Virus record (IMG/VR): IMGVR_UViG_3300008111_000001
Origin: a virus
Reading direction: 5' to 3' (one strand)
Length of the DNA stretch: 64,000 nt
Shown here: positions 7,763 through 17,404 of the stretch, piece by piece
Numbering within the stretch: the stretch's first letter is position 1
Layout: each line of letters begins with the position of its first letter
Notes under the pieces: model-generated
What the model was told of the DNA's origin: nothing
The model's input: the letters and a program-made list of their open reading frames with translations, nothing else
Database searches by the model: none
Position numbers and translations under genes: made by a program

Positions 7763-10243
7763 ATGGCTAATACAATTAGAATCAAAAGAAGGGCATCTGG
7801 AGGATCTGGAGCGCCGAGCAGCTTAGAGAACGCAGAACTGGCATTTAACGAGGTTAATGACGTACTCTATTATGGTGAGGGTACTGGTGGGGCAGGCGGT
7901 ACAGCTACCACCATACTTGCTATTGGTGGATCTGGTGCTTTTGTAACTCTATCAAGTGATCAGACAATTTCTGGAAATAAAACATTTTCTGGAACAGTAG
8001 CTTTAGGTTCTTCTGCTACTGCAACAACACAAAGTCCAGGAGACAATACTACCAAAGTCGCAACCACAGCTTATGTTGATTCAGCCATAACTGCATCTAC
8101 TTATACATTCACTTTAGCTGGAGACTCTGGAACCTCTCAAACTGTAGACGATAATGAAACTGCGACTATTGCCGGTGGAACCGGCCTATCTTCAGTTGCA
8201 TCATCGTCAAATACCATAACCTTAAATCTTGATGATACAGCAGTCACCCCGGGGTCATACGGGACAAGTACAGCCGTGGGTTCATTTACTGTTGATGCAC
8301 AGGGTAGATTGACTTCAGCTAGTAATACAAATATTAGAACAGCAACTAGCTCTGTAACCGGTTTAGCTTCTTTTGATTCTACAGACTTTACAGTTACAAG
8401 CGGAGCAGTTACGCTCAACGCTGAAAGAATTCAAGATATTGTTGGAGGAATGGTTTCCGACAATGTAGAGTCTGGAATAAGCGTATCTTATGACGATACA
8501 AATGGAAAATTAGATTTCAATGTAAATGATCCAACTATAACAATTGCAGGTGATGTAGACGGAAGCGCCACGATGACTAATCTTGGCAATACTACAATTA
8601 CAGTAACCCTTGATACAGTAAATGACGATGCAGGCACACATGGTTCTTCTACCGCAATTCCTGTTATTACAATTAATGAAAAAGGTTTAGTAACAAATGT
8701 TACAACAGCCTCAATTTCTACTACCCTTAATATTGCTGGTGACACTGGAACTCCTGATGGAGTAGCTCTTGCAAGTGATACTTTAACAATTTCTGGTGGA
8801 GAGGGAATAGATACAGCTGTAACTAATAACACTATTACAATTTCCGGAGAAGATGCAACAACTTCCAATAAAGGTATTGCATCTTTTAACTCAGATAGCT
8901 TTTCGGTTAGCTCTGGCGCAGTGTCAATTAAGTCAGGTGGTGTAAGCAATAGTCAGCTAGCTAATTCATCAATAACAATAGGAACCACAAGTACTTCATT
9001 GGGTTCAACAAGTTTAGCTTTAGCAGGGTTACAACAAATTGACATTGACAATATTCGTATTGATGGAAATACAATTTCTGCTACAGATACTAATGGAGGA
9101 ATTTCATTAGATCCAAATGGAACTGGTCATGTCTCGGTTAATAACGCAAGAATAGAAAACTTAGCAAATCCAGAAAATCCACAAGACGCAGCCACTAAAG
9201 CCTATGTCGATTCTGCAACTCAGGGATTGCACATTCATGCAACAGTAAAAGCGGCAACTGGAGCTACATTGGCCACAATTACAGGCGGATCTGTCACCTA
9301 TAGCAATGGTACAGATGGAGTTGGGGCTACTCTAACTTTGGGAACAGCACTTACTGCCCTGGATAATTATAACCTCCAAAATGGAGATAGAATTTTAGTT
9401 AAAAATCAGGCAACAGCAGCACATAACGGTATTTATACATGGGCAACTGGTGGCACAGTTTTAACAAGAGCTACTGACTTTGATTCAGCAGCAGAAATCG
9501 CCGGTGGTGACTTTGTATTCGTAGACAATGGTGATAATTATGGCAACACCGGTTGGGTTTGTGCTGATGAAGTCAATACAGTGGGCACCGATGCTGTAAA
9601 CTGGATCCAGTTCTCAGGTGCAGGAACCTATTTGGCTGGTACCGGTTTGGTATTAGATGGTTCTACTTTTAATATTAACTTGGCTACAAATAGTGGTTTG
9701 TTAATTACTTCAGATGAATTGCAAGTCAATAGCACAATAGCTGGCAATGGTTTAACTTTTTCCAATGGTGTTATAGCTGTTGGCGGTACTTCTGACAGAA
9801 TTTCAGTAACATCAGACGCAATTGATATTGCGTCAACTTATGTAGGTCAAAACAGCATAACCACACTTGGTACGATAACTTCTGGTACATGGAATGGCAC
9901 TACTATTGCAATAGCCAATGGCGGCACTGGCGCAACCAATACTACTGACGCAAGAGCAAATCTTGGGTTAGCTATTGGCACAAATGTCCAAGCATACGAT
10001 GCTGAGTTGGCTGCTATAGCAGGGTTAACATCTGCTGCAGATAAGTTGCCATACTTTACAGGAAGTGGCACCGCTGCCTTAGCTGACTTTACCTCATTTG
10101 GTCGCTCACTTGTTGATGATGCTGATGCATCAGCCGCTAGAACAACTCTGGGACTTGGAACTATAGCTACCCAGAATTCAAATAATGTTTCGATTACTGG
10201 TGGCTCAATAGACAATATAACTATAGACGGTGGGACCTTCTGA
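7763..10243 (+). CDS. Long fibre protein (head or tail fibre)
   Basis: Mtd_N-like start (IRIKRR...P..L...ELAFNE), repeated AGD.G and TPGSYG..T...TVD..GR.T units, DAATKAYVD + GDRILVKNQ module, P2 gpH-like [10 protein letters not shown] repeat, C-terminal IDGGTF. Confidence 0.8.
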   Translation: MANTIRIKRRASGGSGAPSSLENAELAFNEVNDVLYYGEGTGGAGGTATTILAIGGSGAFVTLSSDQTISGNKTFSGTVALGSSATATTQSPGDNTTKVATTAYVDSAITASTYTFTLAGDSGTSQTVDDNETATIAGGTGLSSVASSSNTITLNLDDTAVTPGSYGTSTAVGSFTVDAQGRLTSASNTNIRTATSSVTGLASFDSTDFTVTSGAVTLNAERIQDIVGGMVSDNVESGISVSYDDTNGKLDFNVNDPTITIAGDVDGSATMTNLGNTTITVTLDTVNDDAGTHGSSTAIPVITINEKGLVTNVTTASISTTLNIAGDTGTPDGVALASDTLTISGGEGIDTAVTNNTITISGEDATTSNKGIASFNSDSFSVSSGAVSIKSGGVSNSQLANSSITIGTTSTSLGSTSLALAGLQQIDIDNIRIDGNTISATDTNGGISLDPNGTGHVSVNNARIENLANPENPQDAATKAYVDSATQGLHIHATVKAATGATLATITGGSVTYSNGTDGVGATLTLGTALTALDNYNLQNGDRILVKNQATAAHNGIYTWATGGTVLTRATDFDSAAEIAGGDFVFVDNGDNYGNTGWVCADEVNTVGTDAVNWIQFSGAGTYLAGTGLVLDGSTFNINLATNSGLLITSDELQVNSTIAGNGLTFSNGVIAVGGTSDRISVTSDAIDIASTYVGQNSITTLGTITSGTWNGTTIAIANGGTGATNTTDARANLGLAIGTNVQAYDAELAAIAGLTSAADKLPYFTGSGTAALADFTSFGRSLVDDADASAARTTLGLGTIATQNSNNVSITGGSIDNITIDGGTF

Positions 10244-10257
10244 TAGAAGGAATTTAA

Positions 10258-10710
10258 ATGAAATATGATGGTGATATAGCATATAATCAAGAGCATTATC
10301 AATATAATGGGTTATATGTAGTATCACCAGAGGCTTTTGGTTTAAGTCCTACATTTGGTAATTTAAATTTATTAAAAGTAATAGTCTTAAAGCCACCTTC
10401 TATAACAAGTACATTAGTTTTTGTTCCATCTCCCTCAGTAGTAATTCCAACCGGTGTTATAGAAAATTCGGAAACTTCTTCATCAATAGATTTTTCTGCA
10501 TTTGACGGATATGGTTCAATAGAGTTTGACAAAATCAATGCAGAAGCATATGCAATAGCAGGTTCTCAGGGAATCAATTCAGATAGCTCTGGTTATATAG
10601 CTATATCGGTAGATAAAAATGAATCCTATGCATTTGCTACTGCAGATACTATAGTTTTTGATAATAACTCTGCTGGCACAATAGATGTTACTATTATATC
10701 TAACGTATAA
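10258..10710 (+). CDS. Hypothetical virion-associated protein
   Basis: AAGGA RBS; beta-rich S/T/D composition; sits in the structural operon. Confidence 0.5.
   Translation: MKYDGDIAYNQEHYQYNGLYVVSPEAFGLSPTFGNLNLLKVIVLKPPSITSTLVFVPSPSVVIPTGVIENSETSSSIDFSAFDGYGSIEFDKINAEAYAIAGSQGINSDSSGYIAISVDKNESYAFATADTIVFDNNSAGTIDVTIISNV
10688..10695 (+). promoter_or_regulatory. Putative late-promoter motif TTACTATT
   Basis: About 32 nt upstream of ATG 10727 (AAGGGG RBS); could also simply reflect V-T-I codons. Confidence 0.3.
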
Positions 10711-10726
10711 ATAAATAAGGGGTTTT

Positions 10727-11629
10727 ATGTCTACAGACAGAATTGTAATAAACGATACGGTTAGAATAACGGTTAAATTTAAAGATATAGACACTTCAGG
10801 TAATGAAGTGGACTTGTCACCGGTTCCCCCTGTAGCTGTTGTTATAAAAAATTCAGCAGGTACTACGGTAGAGTCAGGCAACGCTACAGCTAGCTCTTCT
10901 TCAGTTTATACATATGATTTTACTCCAGCTTCAGCAGACACATATTCTGTTAAATTTACTGGGATGTTAAGTAGTGGCAATTCGGTTGTAGTTGAACAAA
11001 AGCTATACGTTAGTTCTACAATTACGGAATATCAGCCGACCATCACCCTAAAGTCTGATGAAACAATTATTTTTGCCCCAGACGTTAAGCCCCTATACCT
11101 TGATCCAGAAGAACTTCTCGCATACTTTCCAGACGCTTCCCTATTAGAGATAGGGGAAATAATACATAATTATTCCAATGAAGTTAAGGCTTTATATAAC
11201 CTTCTTGATGAAGAAGATGGATCTGGTCTATCTTTTACTGTTTTAGAATATATAAAAGCAGCAACGGCTTGTGAGTTAAGCAGAACTTATGGCTTTGGTG
11301 GAGATGATGAAGTGTCAGTTCGACTCGGGGATTTCTCCCTCACCAACAGGTCCATGCCAAGAACAAAAGTTACCAGAGACAATGCCACAACATGGTGTCA
11401 GATAGCAGCCTCTCTAAGAAAAGAAATGCTAGCCGGCAAAGTCGGTCCTAGAGGTTTCCAGATGAAGAACTTGCCCAGCGGAGGGCTTCCTGTGACATCA
11501 GGAAAGATACCAGAAGTAGAAACCGGTAAAATAGTATATCTGTCAGACAGAGAGCTATACGGCCCAGGAAGAAGTGTCCCTCCTCACGACGACCCTATGC
11601 CAAGAAGAGGCTTTAAGAAGTATGATTGA
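10727..11629 (+). CDS. Ig-like domain plus probable head-tail adaptor
   Basis: N-terminal BppU/Ig-like strands (VYTYDFTP...G.YSVKFTG); C-terminal helical region with SVRLGDFSLT hairpin typical of adaptor proteins. Confidence 0.6.
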   Translation: MSTDRIVINDTVRITVKFKDIDTSGNEVDLSPVPPVAVVIKNSAGTTVESGNATASSSSVYTYDFTPASADTYSVKFTGMLSSGNSVVVEQKLYVSSTITEYQPTITLKSDETIIFAPDVKPLYLDPEELLAYFPDASLLEIGEIIHNYSNEVKALYNLLDEEDGSGLSFTVLEYIKAATACELSRTYGFGGDDEVSVRLGDFSLTNRSMPRTKVTRDNATTWCQIAASLRKEMLAGKVGPRGFQMKNLPSGGLPVTSGKIPEVETGKIVYLSDRELYGPGRSVPPHDDPMPRRGFKKYD

Positions 11630-11993
11630 TATAAAAAGAAGTTTTAAAAAAGTCCTTCGAGAATGGGGCCATGATATCTACATGCAAAGGATATTGTCAA
11701 ATGGTAATCATTCAAATAAATTTGAAAGGGTTACAACTCGTCAAGTTGGTCAATCTGGCGTAACTAACTCTCTTTCAACCTCAGAAGCTCAGGATGGATT
11801 ATTCACAAAATATGACGCTGTATATTATTTTGAGGATCATATCAATCCAAAAGAGGGCGACAGGATATATGAAAATTTTTCTTTAAAAGTAAATAAAAAT
11901 TACACTATGTTCACTATAGATGCTGTTACTGCAGTAAGGGGGCGCATGGGTAAGATAGACTATTGGATCGTAGGCGCCACAAGAGAGAGATAA
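11622..11993 (+). CDS. Probable head-closure (head-tail joining) protein
   Basis: ATG 11622 overlaps the previous stop; small beta-barrel pattern (VYYF...PKEGDRIYE...FTIDAV..VRGRMGKIDYW); position after the adaptor. Confidence 0.6.
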   Translation: MIDIKRSFKKVLREWGHDIYMQRILSNGNHSNKFERVTTRQVGQSGVTNSLSTSEAQDGLFTKYDAVYYFEDHINPKEGDRIYENFSLKVNKNYTMFTIDAVTAVRGRMGKIDYWIVGATRER

Positions 11994-11994
11994 A

Positions 11995-13590
11995 ATGATA
12001 GTTTTATCAAAAGGACAAACAGCAGAATTTAAATTTGTTTTTACTGATTATGATGGATCAATTTACGATCCCGGCAATCTATCTACTCCGGTAGATGTAG
12101 TAGTTTATGTTCTCAGAGGAGACACTGGTTCTGGGCCGGTTATTGATGGTCCATTTTCTTTATTATTAGATAACGCTAATGAAAATAATAATTCAATAAT
12201 TAGATCAGGTGTTGGCGAATACACTTTCACCTATAAAGTCCCTCAAAATCTATATGAATATGTTTATACGATAATAGCTAGAACAAGTAGCAATGTTCAA
12301 AACATAAACGCAACAGCAACTTTTCAGGTAAAAAATTCTACAAATGAAGTTTCATCAGTAACGATAACTTCACCAAAGTCTTCTGTCATAAACTATAAGC
12401 CAACTTATCAACAATTGGATAGAAGAAATACCAGTACAATACTATTACTGGGGCACGCAGATGGCATGCAATTGAATTATCCAATCCGAATTAACTCTAT
12501 TCAACACGCTGTTGATTTAATGGGGGCCAACACTAGTAGTCCCCTTTTAAGAGGGGTGCTGGATGCCTACTCATGTGGCGCTAGGGATATTATGATTTGC
12601 GCTGTTGCTCCAATGTCAGAGTATGTAGAAAGCTATGCTCAAAGAAATTTGTCAACAACAGTATTTTCTATCAACGACGCCACACCGGGCACCCAAAGTA
12701 CTTTTTATCAAAGATACTATGATCGATTGGCGCAAACGTATGAGGATATAATCGATTTGGATTTTGTTGATATTGTGGTACCTTTGGAGACTAGTATCAT
12801 GAATACTGGTGGGGTTGATTTTACTACTCAATTAGCAAATTATTGTTCGTCGTTTCACAATTCTACAGGTTTTGTTCAAATGGGAATTATTGGTTCAAGA
12901 TCAGACGGAATGAAGTCTTCAGATATAGATATATTGGAAGCTAATTCTTTATTTACTAATAAATTTACAACCTACTTAGATGGCCAAATAGCCTCAGACA
13001 AGGGTAGGTATGTGATACCTGTTTATGGAGAACTGGTATTCCAGCATCCGCAACTTAAGATAAGTTATACCTCAACTGTCGCTGCAGCATACGCCGGAAT
13101 GGTCGCCGCCAATCAACAGGCAAAAGCTTTAATTAGAACGAGAATACCCGGTGCCTTATCTATATTTGGCTCAGATTTAACCTATTCAGAATATGAAAGA
13201 CTAGAAGTCTTAGGTATTAATACGGTCTATAGAGGAAGAAAGACTAGAAGAGCTGTTCCCTTTGAAACCTATGTTACCAATGAGTATACTATGGCTAATC
13301 AGGACTCGGTTTTTAGTAAGCTATTTCAAATGAGACTGGTTACGGCAGTTGTAAGTGAAATAAAGGGAATAGCAGCATCTGGGCATGATTTACTCGGATT
13401 TGACAATATTATTGATGAGTCCAAAAAATATCTACAGTACTTAAAAGTTAATAAAGCCATATTAGATTATTCTTTTAACGCAAGATTTTCTGATTCGACA
13501 AAAGGTAAGTTAATTTTTGATATAGAATTAATATCATATTTTGCTATTAAGAAAATTAATTTTTCTTTAGCAGCTGGTCCAGGAGCTTAA
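11995..13590 (+). CDS. Tail sheath-like protein (paralogue 1) with N-terminal Ig-like domain
   Basis: Ig-like N-terminus (GVGEYTFTYKVP); sheath domain signatures (ILLLGHAD...SPLLRGVLDAY..GA.DI.I, LEVLGINTV, MRLV..V..EI, C-terminal strands). Confidence 0.7.
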   Translation: MIVLSKGQTAEFKFVFTDYDGSIYDPGNLSTPVDVVVYVLRGDTGSGPVIDGPFSLLLDNANENNNSIIRSGVGEYTFTYKVPQNLYEYVYTIIARTSSNVQNINATATFQVKNSTNEVSSVTITSPKSSVINYKPTYQQLDRRNTSTILLLGHADGMQLNYPIRINSIQHAVDLMGANTSSPLLRGVLDAYSCGARDIMICAVAPMSEYVESYAQRNLSTTVFSINDATPGTQSTFYQRYYDRLAQTYEDIIDLDFVDIVVPLETSIMNTGGVDFTTQLANYCSSFHNSTGFVQMGIIGSRSDGMKSSDIDILEANSLFTNKFTTYLDGQIASDKGRYVIPVYGELVFQHPQLKISYTSTVAAAYAGMVAANQQAKALIRTRIPGALSIFGSDLTYSEYERLEVLGINTVYRGRKTRRAVPFETYVTNEYTMANQDSVFSKLFQMRLVTAVVSEIKGIAASGHDLLGFDNIIDESKKYLQYLKVNKAILDYSFNARFSDSTKGKLIFDIELISYFAIKKINFSLAAGPGA

Positions 13591-13591
13591 C

Positions 13592-14455
13592 ATGGCATAT
13601 ATTAATAGAGATTTTCCCAGTTTTTCCGAAAACTTAAGATACGCATATCCGCAATTACAAGCTCCTGGGTATAGGAGATTGGATCAAGATGGTGTTGAAG
13701 AAGTTTATTCTGGTAACTTAAGCTATCTAGAGTTTATTGGTTTAGTTAAAAAAATGTGGGAAGAAAGTTATCCAGCAATACCAATCCTTCCTTTAAGTAT
13801 AAATAGGGAAACTTCCGTAACCTATAAGGACAATGGTGGAACAGATGTTACTTCTGGGGATCTTTCTTCTGCGCCATCTTCGACATATGTTGGGCTTGAT
13901 GAATTTCCCGCAATTATAGGTTATCACTTGGAATTAAGAAAGGCTCATACTACTGAGCCAAAGCCAAGAATGAGACAAAATGTATTGTCTAACACTGTGA
14001 CTATTTATGGTCAGCGTTTTCAGAATATTGTTGGCTTTACTGTTATGTCTAAAGTTGGCACTTTTCAGGGGTCGAATGGCTCAACTACTAGAGACGACCT
14101 TGATGCAGCGGTTTTGTGCGATCAGGTTATTGAAGCTTTCGAAGATTTTATGTTGGAATACACCTCTATTTTTAAGGCTGCAGGAGCATCTGAGCTAGTT
14201 TATTCTAGGCGTTTGTCTGATTCAGAAATCAATCGTGAAGGCAAAGATGTACACAAGAGAACTGTAACCTACATGCTAACTACAGAAAAGACCTTCGCAA
14301 TGTCCAATAGAAGAATTGAGAAGATTGTAGTTGATGCAAGAACTTGGATGGCCTACGAAAAGCAGTTATTAAGAGATCAATTGGCGACCCCTAATTATGA
14401 GGGTACAACGGGTAATATTATTGATTTATTCCAAACAGCAACTCCAAACACGTGA
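13592..14455 (+). CDS. Tail terminator/completion (neck) protein
   Basis: KPRMRQ...GQRFQNIV.F...IE.FEDFMLEYT..FK..G..E..Y.RR..D pattern; lies immediately before the sheath gene. Confidence 0.55.
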   Translation: MAYINRDFPSFSENLRYAYPQLQAPGYRRLDQDGVEEVYSGNLSYLEFIGLVKKMWEESYPAIPILPLSINRETSVTYKDNGGTDVTSGDLSSAPSSTYVGLDEFPAIIGYHLELRKAHTTEPKPRMRQNVLSNTVTIYGQRFQNIVGFTVMSKVGTFQGSNGSTTRDDLDAAVLCDQVIEAFEDFMLEYTSIFKAAGASELVYSRRLSDSEINREGKDVHKRTVTYMLTTEKTFAMSNRRIEKIVVDARTWMAYEKQLLRDQLATPNYEGTTGNIIDLFQTATPNT

Positions 14456-14514
14456 AATGGTATATATAAAAATCCTCCCAATTTAACTTTGTAGTTGTTT
14501 TTATAAGTTATGTG

Positions 14515-14522
14515 TTACTATA
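14515..14522 (+). promoter_or_regulatory. Putative late promoter TTACTATA for sheath-tube cassette
   Basis: In the 112-nt intergenic gap; preceded by TTATAA at the same 8-nt spacing as at 2554/2568. Confidence 0.5.
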
Positions 14523-14567
14523 GTTGAAGATTCAAAAAAGTTTATTATTTGGAGGATTGAAACCAAT

Positions 14568-15830
14568 ATGGCTATACCTGGAGTAAAAACATTAATTAGA
14601 GATCGCTTCTACAGTGTATCACGTCAGGATACACCTGTTGGTCCTAGAATAGTTGCAATAGCACGTCGTAGCACAGCAAACAATACTGGCTCAGTAGCAG
14701 ATCTTGACGTCGTTAGAGCCACAAATGAAGCAGACGTTATCACCGCCTTTGGCGATGGTTCAGACGCTCACCGCGCTTATTTGGAGCTTGTTTTGGCTGG
14801 AGCTGGAAGAATTTACATTGTTCCACTTCCTTCCGACACAAAATGGGACACTGACCCCGTGAGCCCTACAAGCACTGGAACTGTAACAAGTTCTTCTTAT
14901 GGTGGATCTGTTTTCGACGCCGCATTCATTGCTGCCGAAGCTGCTATCCCTGACATTATTATTCCTTGGGGTAGAGGAGCTCATCCAAATGACTGGCAAG
15001 ACCCAGCCACACCTAGCGATGACGCTTCGTATGGTTTCGTTGCAGATAATACTACTACGGTTTCAAGCAACTGGGCTTATCAAGTAGCCGCAAAGGTTAA
15101 GGATATCTCAGAGAATATTAACCCCTGTATTGCAGTTATGGGCATCAAGCCATATTATAGCACCACAGAGGTTATGACACCCGGTCAGGTCTCTACACAC
15201 TTGGCCTTGTCAGGTCTTCCAGACAGAAATGCTAGCGCTCTCCTCAAAGAGGTGGGCCCGTACGTTGTCGTGGTTGCTGCAGAAGTCAAGCCCGTAAACT
15301 ATCAGTCTGGCACAACAGAGTTTGGTTATGCTAACGGTGCTGCTCACGTAGCTGGCGCCTTAAGCCTTCTTCCTTCATACAGCTCATTGGTAAATAAGGC
15401 TCTCTACAATGTAGAGGCTCTTCGCTATGCTCCTTCTAGAACTCAGCAAGCAGCTCTCGGCGCCAAGGGTGTTAATACCGTTGTTGTAAACTTTAATAAA
15501 ATTCCAGTATTCGGAGAAGGCCTAACATTTGGATGGGCAACATCAGACTATACTCGTCTCTCAACAAAGAGAATCATAGACGACGCAACATCAGTTGTGA
15601 GACAAGCCTGCCAGAGATTTGTTGGTGAACCATCAAACATTCAGACAAGAAATGCGATGGAAACAGCTATCACTTCTGGCTTGAGAGGTATGCAAATCGT
15701 AGGAGCCTTGCTTGGTAGCGACTTTACAGTCTCATACATACCAAACGAAAACAAGGCGATTGTAGACCTCATTTTAACACCTGCCTTCGAGCTCAAGGAG
15801 ATCGAAGTCAGAGTAGCCATTAATCTATAA
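14568..15830 (+). CDS. Major tail sheath protein
   Basis: GGAGG RBS; N-terminal V..AFG.GS.A.RAY..L...GA; C-terminal sheath domain (KGVNTVV...DYTRLSTKRIID...FVGEP...R..ME.AI...L...TPAFELKEI.V). Confidence 0.9.
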   Translation: MAIPGVKTLIRDRFYSVSRQDTPVGPRIVAIARRSTANNTGSVADLDVVRATNEADVITAFGDGSDAHRAYLELVLAGAGRIYIVPLPSDTKWDTDPVSPTSTGTVTSSSYGGSVFDAAFIAAEAAIPDIIIPWGRGAHPNDWQDPATPSDDASYGFVADNTTTVSSNWAYQVAAKVKDISENINPCIAVMGIKPYYSTTEVMTPGQVSTHLALSGLPDRNASALLKEVGPYVVVVAAEVKPVNYQSGTTEFGYANGAAHVAGALSLLPSYSSLVNKALYNVEALRYAPSRTQQAALGAKGVNTVVVNFNKIPVFGEGLTFGWATSDYTRLSTKRIIDDATSVVRQACQRFVGEPSNIQTRNAMETAITSGLRGMQIVGALLGSDFTVSYIPNENKAIVDLILTPAFELKEIEVRVAINL

Positions 15831-15858
15831 TAATTACCGATTAGGAGGGTAAAACAAA

Positions 15859-16521
15859 ATGGCAGCAGAGGAATATACATCAGTTAATAAGTATCTTAAT
15901 ACTTATACCACATTCTCAGGTGCAGACATTGTAGCTACATTTGGTGGAGTAGAAATTGGTGCTCTTTCGGGCATCACGTTCTCAGTAACCAGAGAAAAGG
16001 CCCCAATCTATACCATGGGATCACCCAATCCACGCTCTTTCTCAAGAGGCAAAAGAGGTATCGCTGGTTCATTGATCTTCACAGTCTTTGACCGCCCCGC
16101 TTTGTACAAGATGTTGGATCAGAACTACTCACAAAATAGACCTATGGACTTCTACACCAGAAGCCACAATACCCTTCCTGGCGACAATGGCCACAGAAGA
16201 GGTATTGCTGATGTCAATGAGCAGAAGACCGGAGTAGTTAGAAAGGTTCCTTTCTATGCTGACCAAATTCCACCTTTTGACATTACTATAACATTTGCCA
16301 ACGAGTATGGTCAGGCCGCTGTCAGATCAATATTCGGTGTAGAGCTCCTCAATGAGGGTTCTGGCGCTTCTATGGATGACATCGTCATTGAAGAAACAAT
16401 GACATATGTTGCCCGTGAACTTGGCCCCATGTACACAATTAGAAATGACACTCTTGTTGATCCAACCAACTTGGTAGGAATACCACCCGAAGGATTGAAT
16501 ACAACAATCATCAGACCCTGA
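15859..16521 (+). CDS. Major tail tube protein
   Basis: AGGAGG RBS; FSGADIVATF...GITFSVTREKAPIYTMG...RGIAGSLIFTVFDR...PPFDITITFANEYG tube fold; follows the sheath gene. Confidence 0.85.
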   Translation: MAAEEYTSVNKYLNTYTTFSGADIVATFGGVEIGALSGITFSVTREKAPIYTMGSPNPRSFSRGKRGIAGSLIFTVFDRPALYKMLDQNYSQNRPMDFYTRSHNTLPGDNGHRRGIADVNEQKTGVVRKVPFYADQIPPFDITITFANEYGQAAVRSIFGVELLNEGSGASMDDIVIEETMTYVARELGPMYTIRNDTLVDPTNLVGIPPEGLNTTIIRP

Positions 16522-16539
16522 TAATTTTTAGTGTCGACA

Positions 16540-16585
16540 AAATAAGTGCATGGGAGGTATCTTCCATGCACTTATTTATTTTTTG
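16540..16585 (+). terminator. Terminator after sheath-tube cassette
   Basis: 17-bp stem 16540-16556 / 16561-16577 (one G-U), 4-nt loop, followed by ATTTTTT. Confidence 0.8.
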
Positions 16586-16594
16586 GAGATTTTA

Positions 16595-17392
16595 ATGGCA
16601 GAAATTAAAACATTTACTTTTAGAAAAAGTAAACAAGAAGAACCAGTCCAGCAAAGTGGCAATGATCTTTATGATTGGGAAAAATATTTATCTACAATGT
16701 CATTTTCTGGCGCAGATGCTGTTGCCACAATTGTTTTACCGGTAATTGGTCCAGACGGAAATGTTGAGTCTCAAGGAGATTCTATAAATCTGGGAGAATT
16801 ACAGACAATTTCCTATTCTATTCACAGAGAAAACTCTCCAGTAAGAACCCTCGGCCACGTAAATGTTAGGGGTTTTATAAAGGGTGGCAGAACCATCGCC
16901 GGAAGTTTAATATTTACGGTGTTTAACGAATATGCTTTTTATCGCATAAAAGAATTTAAACAGTATTTAGCGAGAAAAACAGGATATTTTGCACCCTTAG
17001 CGGATATGTTACCACCATTTGATATTGTTATTACATTCTTTAATGAATATGGTATTGGTTCAAAAATGAAGATATTTGGAGTAACCATAGTTGACGAAGG
17101 TCAAACACTATCTATAGACGACCTAATTACTGAACAGACTTATACTTACATGGCAAGAGGTATACAGCCCTTAGTTAGAATGCCAGATGACAGTACGGTG
17201 CCTAGGGATACCTCTTACACCGATGAAATGAAAGCCAGAGATCAAATTAGTACAAATGTTTTTGGTGATCTGATTATTTCTGATCTGGCTGAACTTCAAA
17301 AGCAGGTTGAAGAAACCGAATACTATAATACAAATTACAATAGGCCAACAGTTCCAGCTCAGGTTATGCCTCCTGGAAGACTACATCTGTAG
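16595..17392 (+). CDS. Tube-like protein 2 (tube initiator type)
   Basis: Clear paralogue of the major tube (FSGADAVA, LQTISYSIHRE, RTIAGSLIFTVF, PPFDIVITFFNEYG). Start at 16595 (GGAG RBS); the 16550 ATG lies inside the terminator. Confidence 0.8.
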   Translation: MAEIKTFTFRKSKQEEPVQQSGNDLYDWEKYLSTMSFSGADAVATIVLPVIGPDGNVESQGDSINLGELQTISYSIHRENSPVRTLGHVNVRGFIKGGRTIAGSLIFTVFNEYAFYRIKEFKQYLARKTGYFAPLADMLPPFDIVITFFNEYGIGSKMKIFGVTIVDEGQTLSIDDLITEQTYTYMARGIQPLVRMPDDSTVPRDTSYTDEMKARDQISTNVFGDLIISDLAELQKQVEETEYYNTNYNRPTVPAQVMPPGRLHL

Positions 17393-17404
17393 AAAGGTAA
17401 TATT

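Noticed and set aside
11574-11621. Upstream starts given by the ORF track (11574, 16550, 6220, 45689)
   Set aside because: They overlap the previous gene or a terminator; downstream starts have an RBS or stop-start coupling.
16283-16290. Further TTACTAT copies inside genes (7660, 16283, 46113, 52192)
   Set aside because: They are not positioned 20-50 nt before a start and are explained by I/V-T-I codons; they illustrate the background rate.
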